Positions 13,382 to 23,815 of a stretch of DNA of 64,000 bases are shown one piece after another. Source of the stretch: Lama glama. Lineage: Eukaryota. A program made the position numbers and the translations under genes. Under the pieces are notes generated by a model. The model was not told the DNA's origin, searched no databases, and was given only the letters and a program-made list of their open reading frames with translations. The stretch covers positions 79,982,001 to 80,046,000 of the forward strand of contig CM052816.1 in NCBI GenBank assembly GCA_028534125.1, read 5' to 3'. Positions within the stretch are counted from its first letter, which is position 1. Each line of letters opens with the position of its first letter.

Positions 13382-14394
13382 AGAGACTAGAAAGTAACAA
13401 TCTGGCCTTCTATTCCATACATAATAAATGTCTTATTAACGAAAGGCACAAAAGGATGAAGGTGATCACAACTGTGGCGAAGTTGCTCATCTAAATTTTC
13501 TGTCTTCTGAGTGAGTACTATCTTGGACAAAATAATCACCAACAGTTCCTTCCCCTTTCCCTGGGTTGGCTCAACAAAGGTGTCTTGTCCAGACACCTGC
13601 AAAGCCAGGCTGGGAAGAAGAGGAGCCAGGAAAGCTGCAGAGTGGGACATGAAGTAATGCAAAAGCACCATGTCTACCACCAGAAATCTCAGAACAGGCT
13701 TAGAAGCATGACCTCGGCCAGCAGAGCTCAGACAGCACTGACTCTCAGTGTGGCATCATGGGAAAAGGTTAACCGACTCATTCAACAAATATTTATTGAA
13801 TATCTACTACAAACTGAGCCGCCGGCTAAGAGGATATAATCATAGCAGCGAACTACAAGGTCACGGTCCCTTCCATCAAGGAAATTACCATCTAGAGTGC
13901 AAGAGAGATAAGAACTGAAACTTGCATAAGGCTGAGTGGGCCACTGACGCCACAAAATATGAACCAATGACCAAAGCCCACCTACTATGGGGTGTCCCGG
14001 CTACCGAGCCAGAGCTCACGGGGATGTGGCTCTGGGCCCCACACCTAAGAGACAGGCTTCTGCAAAGGAGGAAGTCCTCCCGAGGCTGTGAGGTGGAGCT
14101 TAACCTGGGGTAACTGGCAGAGAGGGCAAGCCCTGCCCCTAGAGAACCAGACTCTGACGCGGGAAGGCTTCCCTCTTCTCTGTGTACCAGTCAGCCTAGT
14201 CCCCATAAAACTCAGCCCCTTAAGCTGTCCTGTGGCTCCCAAGACAACAGGGTTGGTGTCTGTGCCATGGGAGTCTGTGGGTGCTCGGGAGAGAGTTTAA
14301 CTGGCAAAATATGCTAAAATGTGACACTCTTCTGATAACTGCCTTTTATGCCTGATACCTATCCTTCAATCTCGAGTCCAGCTAGGTCTAGAGG

Positions 14395-14562
14395 ATGGTT
14401 CTCTCTGGTTGAACCTACATAACATACTTCGAAAAAATAATGATTCCTGGGCCTCTGCCGAGACCAAATGATCCAGAACATCTGGAGTGGGCGGAGCGTC
14501 AGCATTTTTTCAAAGCACTCCGGGAGAGGCTCATGCAGGAGCTGCCAGGGCTGAGAACCACT
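14395..14562. mobile_element. MER5-like hAT relic
   Basis: tggttctc ... gattcctgggcc ... cagggctgagaaccact. Confidence 0.6.
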
Positions 14563-14654
14563 AACCCAGGACAAGGAGGGCAGGGCAGGGGGTTTGCTTT
14601 ATAAGGATGCCTACTGTGGGCTGGGTACCGTGCTAGCTCTTTACATACGGGATC

Positions 14655-15199
14655 TATAGCAGTAGGTGCCCCTCCCTCATCGCCCTGGACGTGTTCTGGC
14701 CAGGAGCATTATGGCCCCTACGAATAGCACTCAACTTTGGAGGGACAGGAGATTAGGAATAGATACCCCGAGCGCCTGACCCCTTGGGCGGGCTAGTGGC
14801 GAGGCGTACTTTAAACCTGGGGTAGTAAACTTGTCCTGTGAGCAAACTAGTTAATACATTAGGCTCTGTGGGCCAGTCCCCGTCTTACTACTCAAATCTA
14901 CCTCTGTGGTGCAGAAGCAGTCAGGGACATTACTAAATGAATAGGTGTGGCCGAATTCCAATAAAACTTTATTTACAAAGATAGACAGTGGGCCATAGGT
15001 GGCCATCCCTGGTCTAAGGCTAAACAGACTCCCAGAGGTCCTCAGTGGGAATGTTGCCCATAGCAGTAACCTGTCAACACCATGCTACATAGGCTTCATT
15101 CTCTTACTGTGCACTTCCTGGGATCGTGGGCTATAAAAAACTACTGGCACCCAAATCCTCAACTCACAGCCTGCTTCTGGGGACACTCAACCAATGTCA
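14655..15199 (+). mobile_element. LTR16-like ERVL solo LTR, 5-bp TSD GGATC
   Basis: Ends aaaaactactggcacccaaatcctcaactcacagcctgcttctgggg...tgtca; GGATC at 14650-14654 and 15200-15204. Confidence 0.75.
14817..15011. mobile_element. MER58A-like hAT relic inside LTR16
   Basis: taggctctgtgggcca, aaatgaataggtgtggcc, ttccaataaaactttatttacaaa, ends ccctg. Confidence 0.8.
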
Positions 15200-15386
15200 G
15201 GATCTCGTTTTGGTCTCATAACTACCCTAGTAGTTGAATTCTGTCATCTCCACTGCACAGTGAAGAAACTGAGATTCAAGGACTACACAGCTCCTAAGTG
15301 ACAGAGTCCAGATTAGAAGTCTAAAGTCAGAGGTCTCTCTACAATAGGACCAGAGTATCCTTACATGGATACAAACAAACAGGCAA

Positions 15387-15423
15387 ACACACACACACAC
15401 ACACACATACACACACACACACA
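15387..15423. repeat. (CA)n microsatellite, one interruption
   Basis: acacacac...atacacacacac run visible directly. Confidence 0.95.
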
Positions 15424-15948
15424 AATACTTAAATATATAGTTTTCACTACGGCTGGCAAGAGTACCACACATGGCAAATCATAAAGCAAAATTCATACTA
15501 CTTATGTGATTACAGATCTATGTTAAGAAAGGGGTTTTAAAAGGACTAACACTATAAACAATAAGGTTTGAGAGTTATGGAAAAAATTACTTTCTCTTTT
15601 ATGCTGTTTCTAATCCGGGATAGAATTCATTTCCCGCCTCTCAATGAAGGGGTTGCAAGCCTGCTGCTACCTCTTCTCCGGCCAAATCTTTGGTCGTACT
15701 TGGGAGCAAATGGTGCCATTCAAGGTAATGCCCAAATGTGTAATTTGGAACTGGAAGAGGAAGGATCTAGATTAAAATATCCTCTTATGTATTTTAACAT
15801 GGCTGGGGTGGGGGGACAAGTAGGCAGGCAGTAATTTCACAAAGTCCCCAGAGAGGCGCTTGCAAAGTTCCCCTCGGGATGCTGAGAACTGCAGAGAGCA
15901 CGGTGAGAACCCAGAACTGGCAGTCAGAAGCCAGTCTCCTTTGCTTAC

Positions 15949-16079
15949 GCAGTCTTGCCCTCGCTGTCCTGCTTGGTGGCACTGGTCCCCTTCTTGCCCA
16001 GCAGCGAGGCCACCTTCTCGGCATCTCCGTTCTCCACGGCCTGCAGCAGCCGGTCATCATTCTTGTTCCACTCGTTGGT
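15949..16079 (-). CDS. RAI14: Internal coding exon (131 bp, phase 0 to phase 2) of RAI14/ankycorbin, first ankyrin-repeat region
   Basis: Translation [43 protein letters not shown](A) matches RAI14 residues 13-56 as I recall them. Minus-strand acceptor ctcgcctttgctctgcAG|ACC (AG at 16081-16080) and donor ACTGC|GTAAGC (GT at 15948-15947). Confidence 0.96.
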
Positions 16080-16422
16080 CTGCAGAGCAAAGGCGAGATG
16101 CAGAGCTAGTGAGTGACAGTGGCCTCGGCCACCAACCAGCAGGACCATGGTCCTCCCATTCCCCCCGCCCCCATCAGAACCTGCCCCCAAATGGGCAACT
16201 TTAAAGATACCTTTCCTTTCACCATGGAGACACCCAAAGAGACTGGTTTCCCAAAAGAAAACATCCACAGGTCAATCAAATAGCAGCCGGTCATGCAACT
16301 CTGAAATAGAGCCACTTCTTTTAACTGAAATGGGGAAGATGAAGCAACTTAAAAAGACCAAGAGGTCAGTTTACACATTAGCTTATTTTCAGCTAAACCT
16401 GATGGCTGGCTCCCCGGAACAC

Positions 16423-16435
16423 TGACCTTTGACCT
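16423..16435 (-). promoter_or_regulatory. Perfect DR1 nuclear-receptor motif AGGTCA-A-AGGTCA
   Basis: Plus strand reads TGACCT T TGACCT. The motif is certain; function is untested. Confidence 0.5.
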
Positions 16436-17867
16436 GGTCCATAGCTCACTAGGCTCATGATGTTACAGAACCAACCAGCCACCAGCCTAAGGTTACCTGC
16501 ATGTTTACACACGTGCAATTCTCCACCTGCATTTGTTGCCGCTTCCTCTGGCCTGTTTACTGGACTCGGATTTTTGAGCTGGACACTGATTTTATGTAGT
16601 TGTCTAGGCTTCTGACTCAATAGAGTGTCACCAGAAACCAAATTTCCTCCTGAACAAGCTATTACACATCAAGTGGCCCTGAGCAAATCGTCCCCCACCA
16701 TGAACCTCCGCCCCAGCAGAGTAACTCTGCAAGCCACAGTAACAGGAAAGCTTTCAGAGGCACAAAAACTAGTTTCCACTCTCACGAAGGAAAGAGAGGC
16801 TCTCAATAGAGGAGCAGAAAGAGCCTTGAGTACTAAGAAGTGTCCAATGTGAAGAGGCAGCAGTGAGCCACTGACGATTTTAGAGCAGAGGGGAGAAAAA
16901 AATCAGTGATGGCAGAGGAGTCATCGGGAGATGTCTCCTGCGTGTGGGGTCGATGGAGGGAGAAAAGATGCTGGGACCCATCAGAGCCCTGGGAGACTGC
17001 AGGCCCCGCCTGCCCTCCAGACACACCCCAACCCCTTGCTAAGCCTCCTCTCTGGCCCCTCCAGCTGTGGACACCACCCCCCTGAAGGAGAATCTTCCTC
17101 CTTCCCCAACACTTTCTACAGACAGGTCTCCAGGGATGGCTGCTTCCTTGTGATCCCAAAGATAAGGATCTCCAGGCAATTCATATGCAAGGCTTCTCCA
17201 TGGACCACTTCCGGGAAGATGCAGAGGGGAGACTGTAGACTTAAAAGCTAACAGGAGGGACTCTTTAAAAAACGATAGTCTTCCATGGGTGCAGGGTTGT
17301 GTTCCCATCCCTCTGCACTGGTAGAACTGGGAAACCCCACAGGACTGTGCCCTCTCATAGAGCAAGGAGACGGGGGCACCAGACGTCCCCAGCACCCCTC
17401 CAACCCTGGCTTAAGAGGCTTTAGAGAAAGCCACAGGCCACGGAGGAGTAAAACACCTGTACTCAGGGCTCAAGTAAGGACTTTGCTTCTCTGAGAGTCT
17501 CAGGACTGGACCTCTCCCATTTCTTAGGACCCCCTTCGTCCCCCATGGCCATCATTGAGTGCAAGCACTCAGTAAGAATGAGGCAGGTTTCAATGAAAAT
17601 CAGAAGTCTGTCCTCTAGGCTACGGGAAGCCCAGAACCCCAGACAGACACTTACATGCTACAGACCTTATGTCACACAAAACCTCTCTGTGCTGCCGATT
17701 CCCAAGGCTTTGAACGGGATGACCACTGCAATTCTTCTAAACCTTAAAAGGTTTAATCTATAAAATGCCCTAAACCAAACTTTGTTAAGAATTACTCTAG
17801 AACAGTATTGTCTGCAATCGTGGAAAAGTTCTGTTATCTGCATTGTCCAAAACTGTGGTCACCGGGC

Positions 17868-18062
17868 CACTGGTTGTCAACCGGGGGTGAAACTACCCCT
17901 CAGGGGACGTTCGGCCATCTCTACTGACAGTTCTGACGGTCATGACCAGCGAATGCTAATGACATCTAGCAGGTAGAGGCCGGGGTGCTACTAAAGTCTA
18001 CAATGCATAAGACAGGCTCCTCCCTTCAACAAAGAATTATCTGGCCCCAAATACCAATCTCA
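17868..18062. mobile_element. MER20-like relic nested in MER3
   Basis: cactggttgtcaaccggggg, caggggac, catctagcaggtagaggcc, caacaaagaattatctggccccaaat. Confidence 0.8.
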
Positions 18063-18134
18063 GATTAGATACATGTGGCCACCGAGCGCTGGAAATGTGG
18101 CTAGTGTGACTTAGGAACTGAATTAACAAAACTA

Positions 18135-18326
18135 ATTATTTATTTATTTATTTAACTGAAATATAGTCAGTTATAATGTGTCAATTTCTAGTGTCCCATG
18201 TCCCAGTCATGCATATACATGCATATATTCGTTTTCATATTTTTTCATTAAAGGTTATTACAAGATATTAAATACAGTTGTCTGCACTATACAGAAGAAA
18301 TTTGTTTTTTTAATCTATTTTTATAT
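18135..18326 (-). mobile_element. Artiodactyl/camelid-type L1 3' end nested in MER3
   Basis: (ttta)n tail then actgaaatatagtcagtt...ggttattacaagatatt...ctatacag, similar to 31960-32120. Confidence 0.75.
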
Positions 18327-19083
18327 GAATTAATTTTAATTTTAGACTTCAAAGGCCAGCAGCTAGTGGCTGTCATACAGAACAGTGCAGCTCTACATTA
18401 AGGCTCTCAAAATATTTACCAAAGAAAGAATGTGTCTGGGCCAAATCATCCACAATTTTCCTACAACAATCAATTTACTCATAAAGACGACATCAGGTTT
18501 TACCTTCAATTATAAATCAAGCCTCCTACAGAAGGGGACTGAAATACATATACTACCCAAGGCTCAAGCATTTGTTAGTGGAACAGCAAGCTTCGCTTAA
18601 TAACAAAACATCGCACACACCAAGAAAGACTGCAGCTTATTTCCCCCAGGCTGCATTTTACAAGCCACAACAAAACAAAAAAAGTTACTGAAGCACATTT
18701 AGGACCAGTTATTCCTAGCAAATTACCCCAAATGCTGCATTATTAGCGTTGCCTAAAATCCTCCCCTAACTTAAACTAACCAAATTAAAACTGGATTGGG
18801 AAGATCAAAAGAGTATTAAATCTCCAAAGACAGGATTCAAAGTACTTAAGCAAAGAAAGGCCACATGAAAGGATTTTCCTTTTCAGTGCTGGTAAGGCAC
18901 TCAATCGGGTAGATAAAAATCTGATTGTAGGGGCTCCTAAAATTGGTTACATGTGTATCCTCAGGGAGTTCAGTTTCCATAGGACACAGGAAGAATGATG
19001 TCCCCCCACCCCCACCCCCTGTACTCTTCAGAAGACAAGGTCAACAAACACATCCCTTGAGGTCTAAAATTCCCTTTTAGTCA

Positions 19084-20208
19084 TGTTGTCAAACTCAAAT
19101 CCTGTGCCCAACACAGAATGAGGCCAAACAAGCCGAAACATCAAAATATTGGGAGTTTAGAGCAGAGAAAGGTATATTATTGCAGGGCCAAGCAAGGAGA
19201 CTGGGCAGCTCATGCTCAAAAGCCCTGAACTCCCAATGGCTTTCAGGGAAGTTTTTATAGGTAACATTTGGGGTGAGGGCTGCAGAGGGGCATGACTTTC
19301 CTCTGATTTGTTGGTGGGGAGGTAACAGGGGGGTGCTCCAGGAAACTCAATCATCAACCTTCTAGTTCCAACCAGTCTGGGTTCTCAGCAGGTGATCACC
19401 GTCCTCCACGTGGGTGGGTGGGGGGCCTTAGTTCCTGCAGAGCAACTCAGAGACACATATCAGACTGCTCTGTATGTCCCTTGAGGCGGAACTAAGACTG
19501 TTTTATCGCTGAACTATTTCTTGACTGCTTTTCCTTCGTTTCTGCATTCCCTCACTTCCTTAATTAGTAACTGCTTGAGTCTGCTCTTTGGGACTCAGGA
19601 AAGGTCTAGGAGACTGTGAATGAAAAATACTGCCAGCCATATGAGTAAACAGAGGATGCTGTAGCCAGCAAGTCATCAGCCGCTACCACCACCCTGGACA
19701 GTGAGAGGAGGGAACTCAGGATGCGAACAGGCAGGCAGCCTCTGCTGCCACCCACAATGGTGTCCCCTGAGGGGACTCAGGATGTGAAAGAACAGGATAC
19801 TGGCCCTAGACAGCTAGGTGCATATCAAAGGAATGATTTCAATGAGCCCATACCATTGCGCCTTCCCATACACAGAAAAGCACTGAATTCCTTTAGCTCA
19901 GATATTTTATCTTATTATTCTTTAAATAAACAGTAATCTTTTGATGTTCTGACTACCTGGTTTTTGTTGCAAAAACTATATATCCAGGCTCCTCCCTTGT
20001 CTGGGTGGAACAGTCTCTCAGAGGGATCTGAGAGGCTGCCTCCAGGGTTCGAGTCCTCAGAAGGTCCGCTGAATAAAACTTAACTCTCAACGTGTAGGTT
20101 GTTCATTTTATTGTGCAACGAGACAAGCCTTTTTCTACAAACAGGAACAGTGACCTTGTGGAAGGGCTTTGGTACACGGGAGGGCCCACAGGGTCCTGCT
20201 CGGTTTCA
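19084..20208 (-). mobile_element. ERV1-type LTR (outer), interrupted by a second LTR
   Basis: TG start tgttgtc, end gctcggtttca; minus-strand TATA-like (tttttatag on plus, about 19252-19260) and polyA-like (tattatt, about 19175-19181) signals. Confidence 0.7.
19615..20120 (+). mobile_element. ERV1-type solo LTR (inner), 4-bp TSD AGAC
   Basis: Starts tgtgaatg, has ctatata and aataaa(ac), ends caacg (CA to CG); AGAC at 19611-19614 and 20121-20124. Confidence 0.78.
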
Positions 20209-20737
20209 ATCCCTGGCCTTTGATAGTCCCCAATCCTCAGGGGAACAGCAGTGGGACAAGAAAGAGGATAAAGTTTTGGATAGAGAAGTTAATCATGAAC
20301 TCAGCAGAGGACCTCGGTTTTAGGGGGACTCAATTTCATCTAGAGTCTCTCCAGAGCGCAGGCCAGAAGTTACTTTTCTCTTAGAGCAGATGAGGCAAAG
20401 AGAACATGGCGGCCCACACACAAATATTCAGTAAAGAAAGTAAATTTACTCAAGTAATAGATGTATTAAGCCCAAATCTGTCCATGAAGATATTCTCTAT
20501 GTCTTCTCCTAGATAACTCTTCTATCTAGCACTGCATTCGATACCAAAAGTGCTATGTCCAGTCACAAAGTGAGACAAGACATGCATTTAATAAACACTT
20601 TGAATGTCATGGCTCTTGGGAATCCAGAAGCAGATTCCTCTCCCACCAGCTCCATCAAGCATCAGAAGGAATTGCTTAAAATGTTATCTTGGTCAATCTA
20701 CTATCTAAAGATAGTGCTGGTCAGTGAAATAGGTTGT

Positions 20738-21391
20738 GTTGTTGTGATACATGTATTTGGTCTTTGTCCCAGGTTCCTGGCACAAAAGCTCCTAAACCCA
20801 TGGAATGCCCTGAGTGACAGGGGTGAGAAGGATCCTTTGTTATAATAAGCCCCTTTCAACCTTACCTGAGTTTAGGTTAATGAGGAGATGACTGGTGGCT
20901 GGAAGGTTGCCAGAGGAACCAACCACGTGATTAGAGGGTATGAACTCTCAGCCCCCCCCCATCTTCGGGGGGGGAAAGTGGGGCCAGAGATTGAGCCAGT
21001 CACCAATGGCCAATGATTTAATGAATCACCCCTAATGGAACCTGAATAAAAACGCCTAGAGCACATGGTTCCAAGAACACATCAAGCTTCTAGGAGGGTG
21101 GTGTTGCTAGAGAGGGCATGAAAGCTTTACACTCACACTCGGGTGTACACACACACACCCCATTCCTTGCCCTATGCATTTATTTGAAACTGTCTTCTGA
21201 AGTAGGGGCAATCTTGTGGCACCGAGACCTTAACCTGTGGGGCCTGATGCTAACTCCAGGATGTTAGTGTCAAAACTGAAACACTGGACACTGAATTTTT
21301 GTTGTGAGAGTTGGATTATTGGTTGTTGGTATGAAGGAAATCACCCCACATCTGGTGTCAAAAGGGTTTTGTGTCAGACGTAGATCACACA
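20738..21391 (+). mobile_element. MER21-like LTR
   Basis: tttggtctttgtcccaggttcctggcac, caaccacgtgattagaggg, caatggccaatgatttaat, cttaacctgtgggg. Confidence 0.8.
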
Positions 21392-21595
21392 ATGGGTAAA
21401 GTATGAGATTTCGCCATAACATTCCAAAGTAATTCACTTATACTCCGGAATCAAGGAAGGCTGCTGGAGACCACCATCACACCAACATCCCCTCTCACCT
21501 CTTCCCATGGGAACCCCCTCCTCTTATTGGCACTCCCTCCACGTGTGGGGCAGGCTCAGCTCTACCACCACCCTGGGCTCCTGAGCCCCTTAGAA

Positions 21596-21788
21596 CAGTG
21601 CTTTCAACCTATTAGTGGGTTAATCCAACATTGAAAAATAAAGTAAAATAGAAAAAAATTTAAGCATCAGATGCATAATATTTAATAAGGTTATACAAGC
21701 TATGAAACTTTGGTTTGTGTGTACTGGCTGGTGATATGAAATACATTTCTTACTGGGGAATCACAATAAAAAGCGATGGACCCACTGC
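21596..21788. mobile_element. Probable hAT-type DNA transposon relic
   Basis: cagtg...cactg termini around an AT-rich interior; family not determined. Confidence 0.4.
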
Positions 21789-22699
21789 TTCAGAATGCCA
21801 TTATCCCACCTGCCTTGGGAAAGGCTGCCTTCTAAAGCCCGGCTCAAACCCTGCAGGCTCTTCAAGCCTTTCCTGGTGACCTCCCCTCCCCTCCATCGGT
21901 CCCGGAGGGCCCGCCCACTCATCTCCACTGAAGCCCACAGTCTAGACTTGATGAAATACCACGTCCCAGCGTTTGTTCATCAGCTCAGTGTGTGCTCCTT
22001 TTGTCTCTCTGTCTTCAGCTCCTCAAGGCACTGCCAACAGCCTTTATTTCTTACTCCTGTGGTGCCTAGTAAATGCTCACTGTCTGCTGATTTAGCAGAA
22101 GTTTTTTCTTCTCGATGAGCCTAGATCTCTGACTTGGCAAATATTTCTTTTTTCATTTCTAAAACTTTTTCATCCTTTTGCACACAACTATTTAATCATG
22201 TTTCAGTTTTTTTTTTAAAGCAGGCTAAACGAATCCCACTCCCTTAACTTCTCTACTCCATTAACTTTCCCAAGATCAATGTGTCAAGATTTTAATCATA
22301 TGTACACCTTCTCCAAATCTCTTCCCAACACCAAGGATCCATGCCTTACCAATTTATCAGGGTGAACCCACCGTCTCCCAGTCAGGGGACCTGCCTGGAT
22401 ACTTGTGACATACACAGACTCCCAGGCCCCTTCCTGGAGATTCCAATCCCAGGGATCTGGGGTGGGGAGAGGGTGCAGGACTCATCCAGGTTCAACAGGT
22501 GTTCCCTTGGATTCTTATTGCACATTTGGGGACAACTGAAAACTATGCTAAGGATAAGCATATAACTGAAAGAATCTTCTTCCTCCATGAGGCGTTATTA
22601 AGGACAGGGATGGGAAAGGAGAAAAATTCTTCACTTTTTCCATATGGAACTAGGTATTTTGCCTCTTACAAAAGCTTCATAAATATTTGGCTTCCACGA

Positions 22700-23300
22700 G
22701 GAGTTGCATGTGCAGCCTACATATAAGACATGGATAAAGGTGTTAACGAGGAGGGTATAGCTCAGTGGTAGAGCATGTGCTTTGGTATGCATGAGGTCCC
22801 AGGTTCAAGCCCCAGTTCCTCCATTAAAAAAAAAAGTTAACAAAAGCATTGCTCATCATAGGCAAAAATTACAGATAATTAAAGATCCAATAATAGAAGG
22901 TGGATAAATAAACTACAATATAATCAAGCAATGGAAAACCACACAGCAGTGAAAATGAACAAACTACAACTGCATGCAACAACACAGACAAATACATAAA
23001 ACAACACTGGTGAAAGCAGCAGGACACAAAAGAACAGTATGACCACACGTACATAAAGATGAAAACAGGCAAGGTGGATCCATATTGCTTAGGGGTGCAT
23101 ACACAGACGGTAAAACCATAAAGAAAAGGACAGTGGTTAGGGGTGGGGGTGTGGCACTTGACCAGGAAGGGACACTTGGGTACATTCTAGAGTCCTGCTC
23201 AATTTCATGACCTGGTTAGTGGCTCCACAGATGTTCATGAGTTAAAGGTGACACTTGATTTGTGCACTCTTCTCTATATGTGATTTATTTCACACATGCA
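22700..23300 (+). mobile_element. Old L1 (L1MC/L1ME-like) 3' fragment
   Basis: ggataaataaact, cagcagtgaaaatgaacaaactacaactgcatgcaacaaca, aaaacaggcaa. Confidence 0.75.
22748..22835 (+). mobile_element. vic-1-type tRNA-derived SINE inserted in L1
   Basis: ggagggtatagctcagtggtagagc...ggttcaagcccc...ctccattaaaaaaaaaa; gttaac on both sides. Confidence 0.85.
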
Positions 23301-23624
23301 TACAAGCAGTTTTGAAAGAATTCTTGTGGTTCATTTTCAGGTCAAATCAATTCCAGACCAAGTGCCTTGATGGTTTGCATTTACACTTGCTGTTTCCTTG
23401 TCTCTAAAACGAAGGCAGCGTGATGCCAAAATATGGTTCTCAGGAGGCCTCACAAACCCCCTGCAGAATCTGATGAACTTACATTACAGACTTTCCTTAG
23501 AATAATGCACAAATACACAAAAGCTTGTATACAAAAGAGGTTCGTATCAGCCTGTACCCCCAACCCATCCATAAGCCCAAGTGAAGAATTCCTGGTGTAG
23601 AAAAAGAGACCGGCGTCAGATCTT

Positions 23625-23815
23625 AGGGCTTCCTAGCTGAAATTCCAGCTCCGCTGCCTCCCACTGAGGTAGTCTCAGGCAGGTCACCCTGCTCCGAGTC
23701 CATTTCCTCATCCGTGAAGTGGGAGAAATCCTACCTACTTGCAAATTACCCTGGGAATTAAGTGTGATGCACATAAAGGGCCAGGCACACATTAGGCACC
23801 CACAAATGGTGATTA
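23625..23815 (+). mobile_element. MIR SINE
   Basis: aattccagctccgctg, caggcaggtcac, catttcctcatccgtgaagtggga. Confidence 0.7.

Larger units (their letters stand above)
14605..15340 (-). mobile_element. MIR SINE interrupted by LTR16
   Basis: gcctactgtgggctgggtaccgtgctagctctttacata before the LTR; ctcataactaccct...cagtgaagaaactgagattc after it. Confidence 0.65.
1..15948 (-). other. RAI14: Downstream RAI14 intron (extends beyond the window)
   Basis: Begins with GTAAGC donor; the next exon (FHLAAAKGH...) is not seen in the ORF track or by eye. Confidence 0.75.
17803..18390. mobile_element. MER3-like hAT relic carrying two insertions
   Basis: ggaaaagttctgttatctgcattgtccaa, ggaaatgtggctagtgtgacttaggaactgaatt, gctagtggct...aacagtgcag; degenerate 8-bp TSD ctctagaa/ctctacat. 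Confidence 0.75.

Noticed and set aside
15945..16268. 107-aa ORF as a complete gene
   Set aside because: It begins at a GTG, runs through the acceptor and stops at the TAA inside the GTAAGC donor. Only 15949-16079 matches RAI14.
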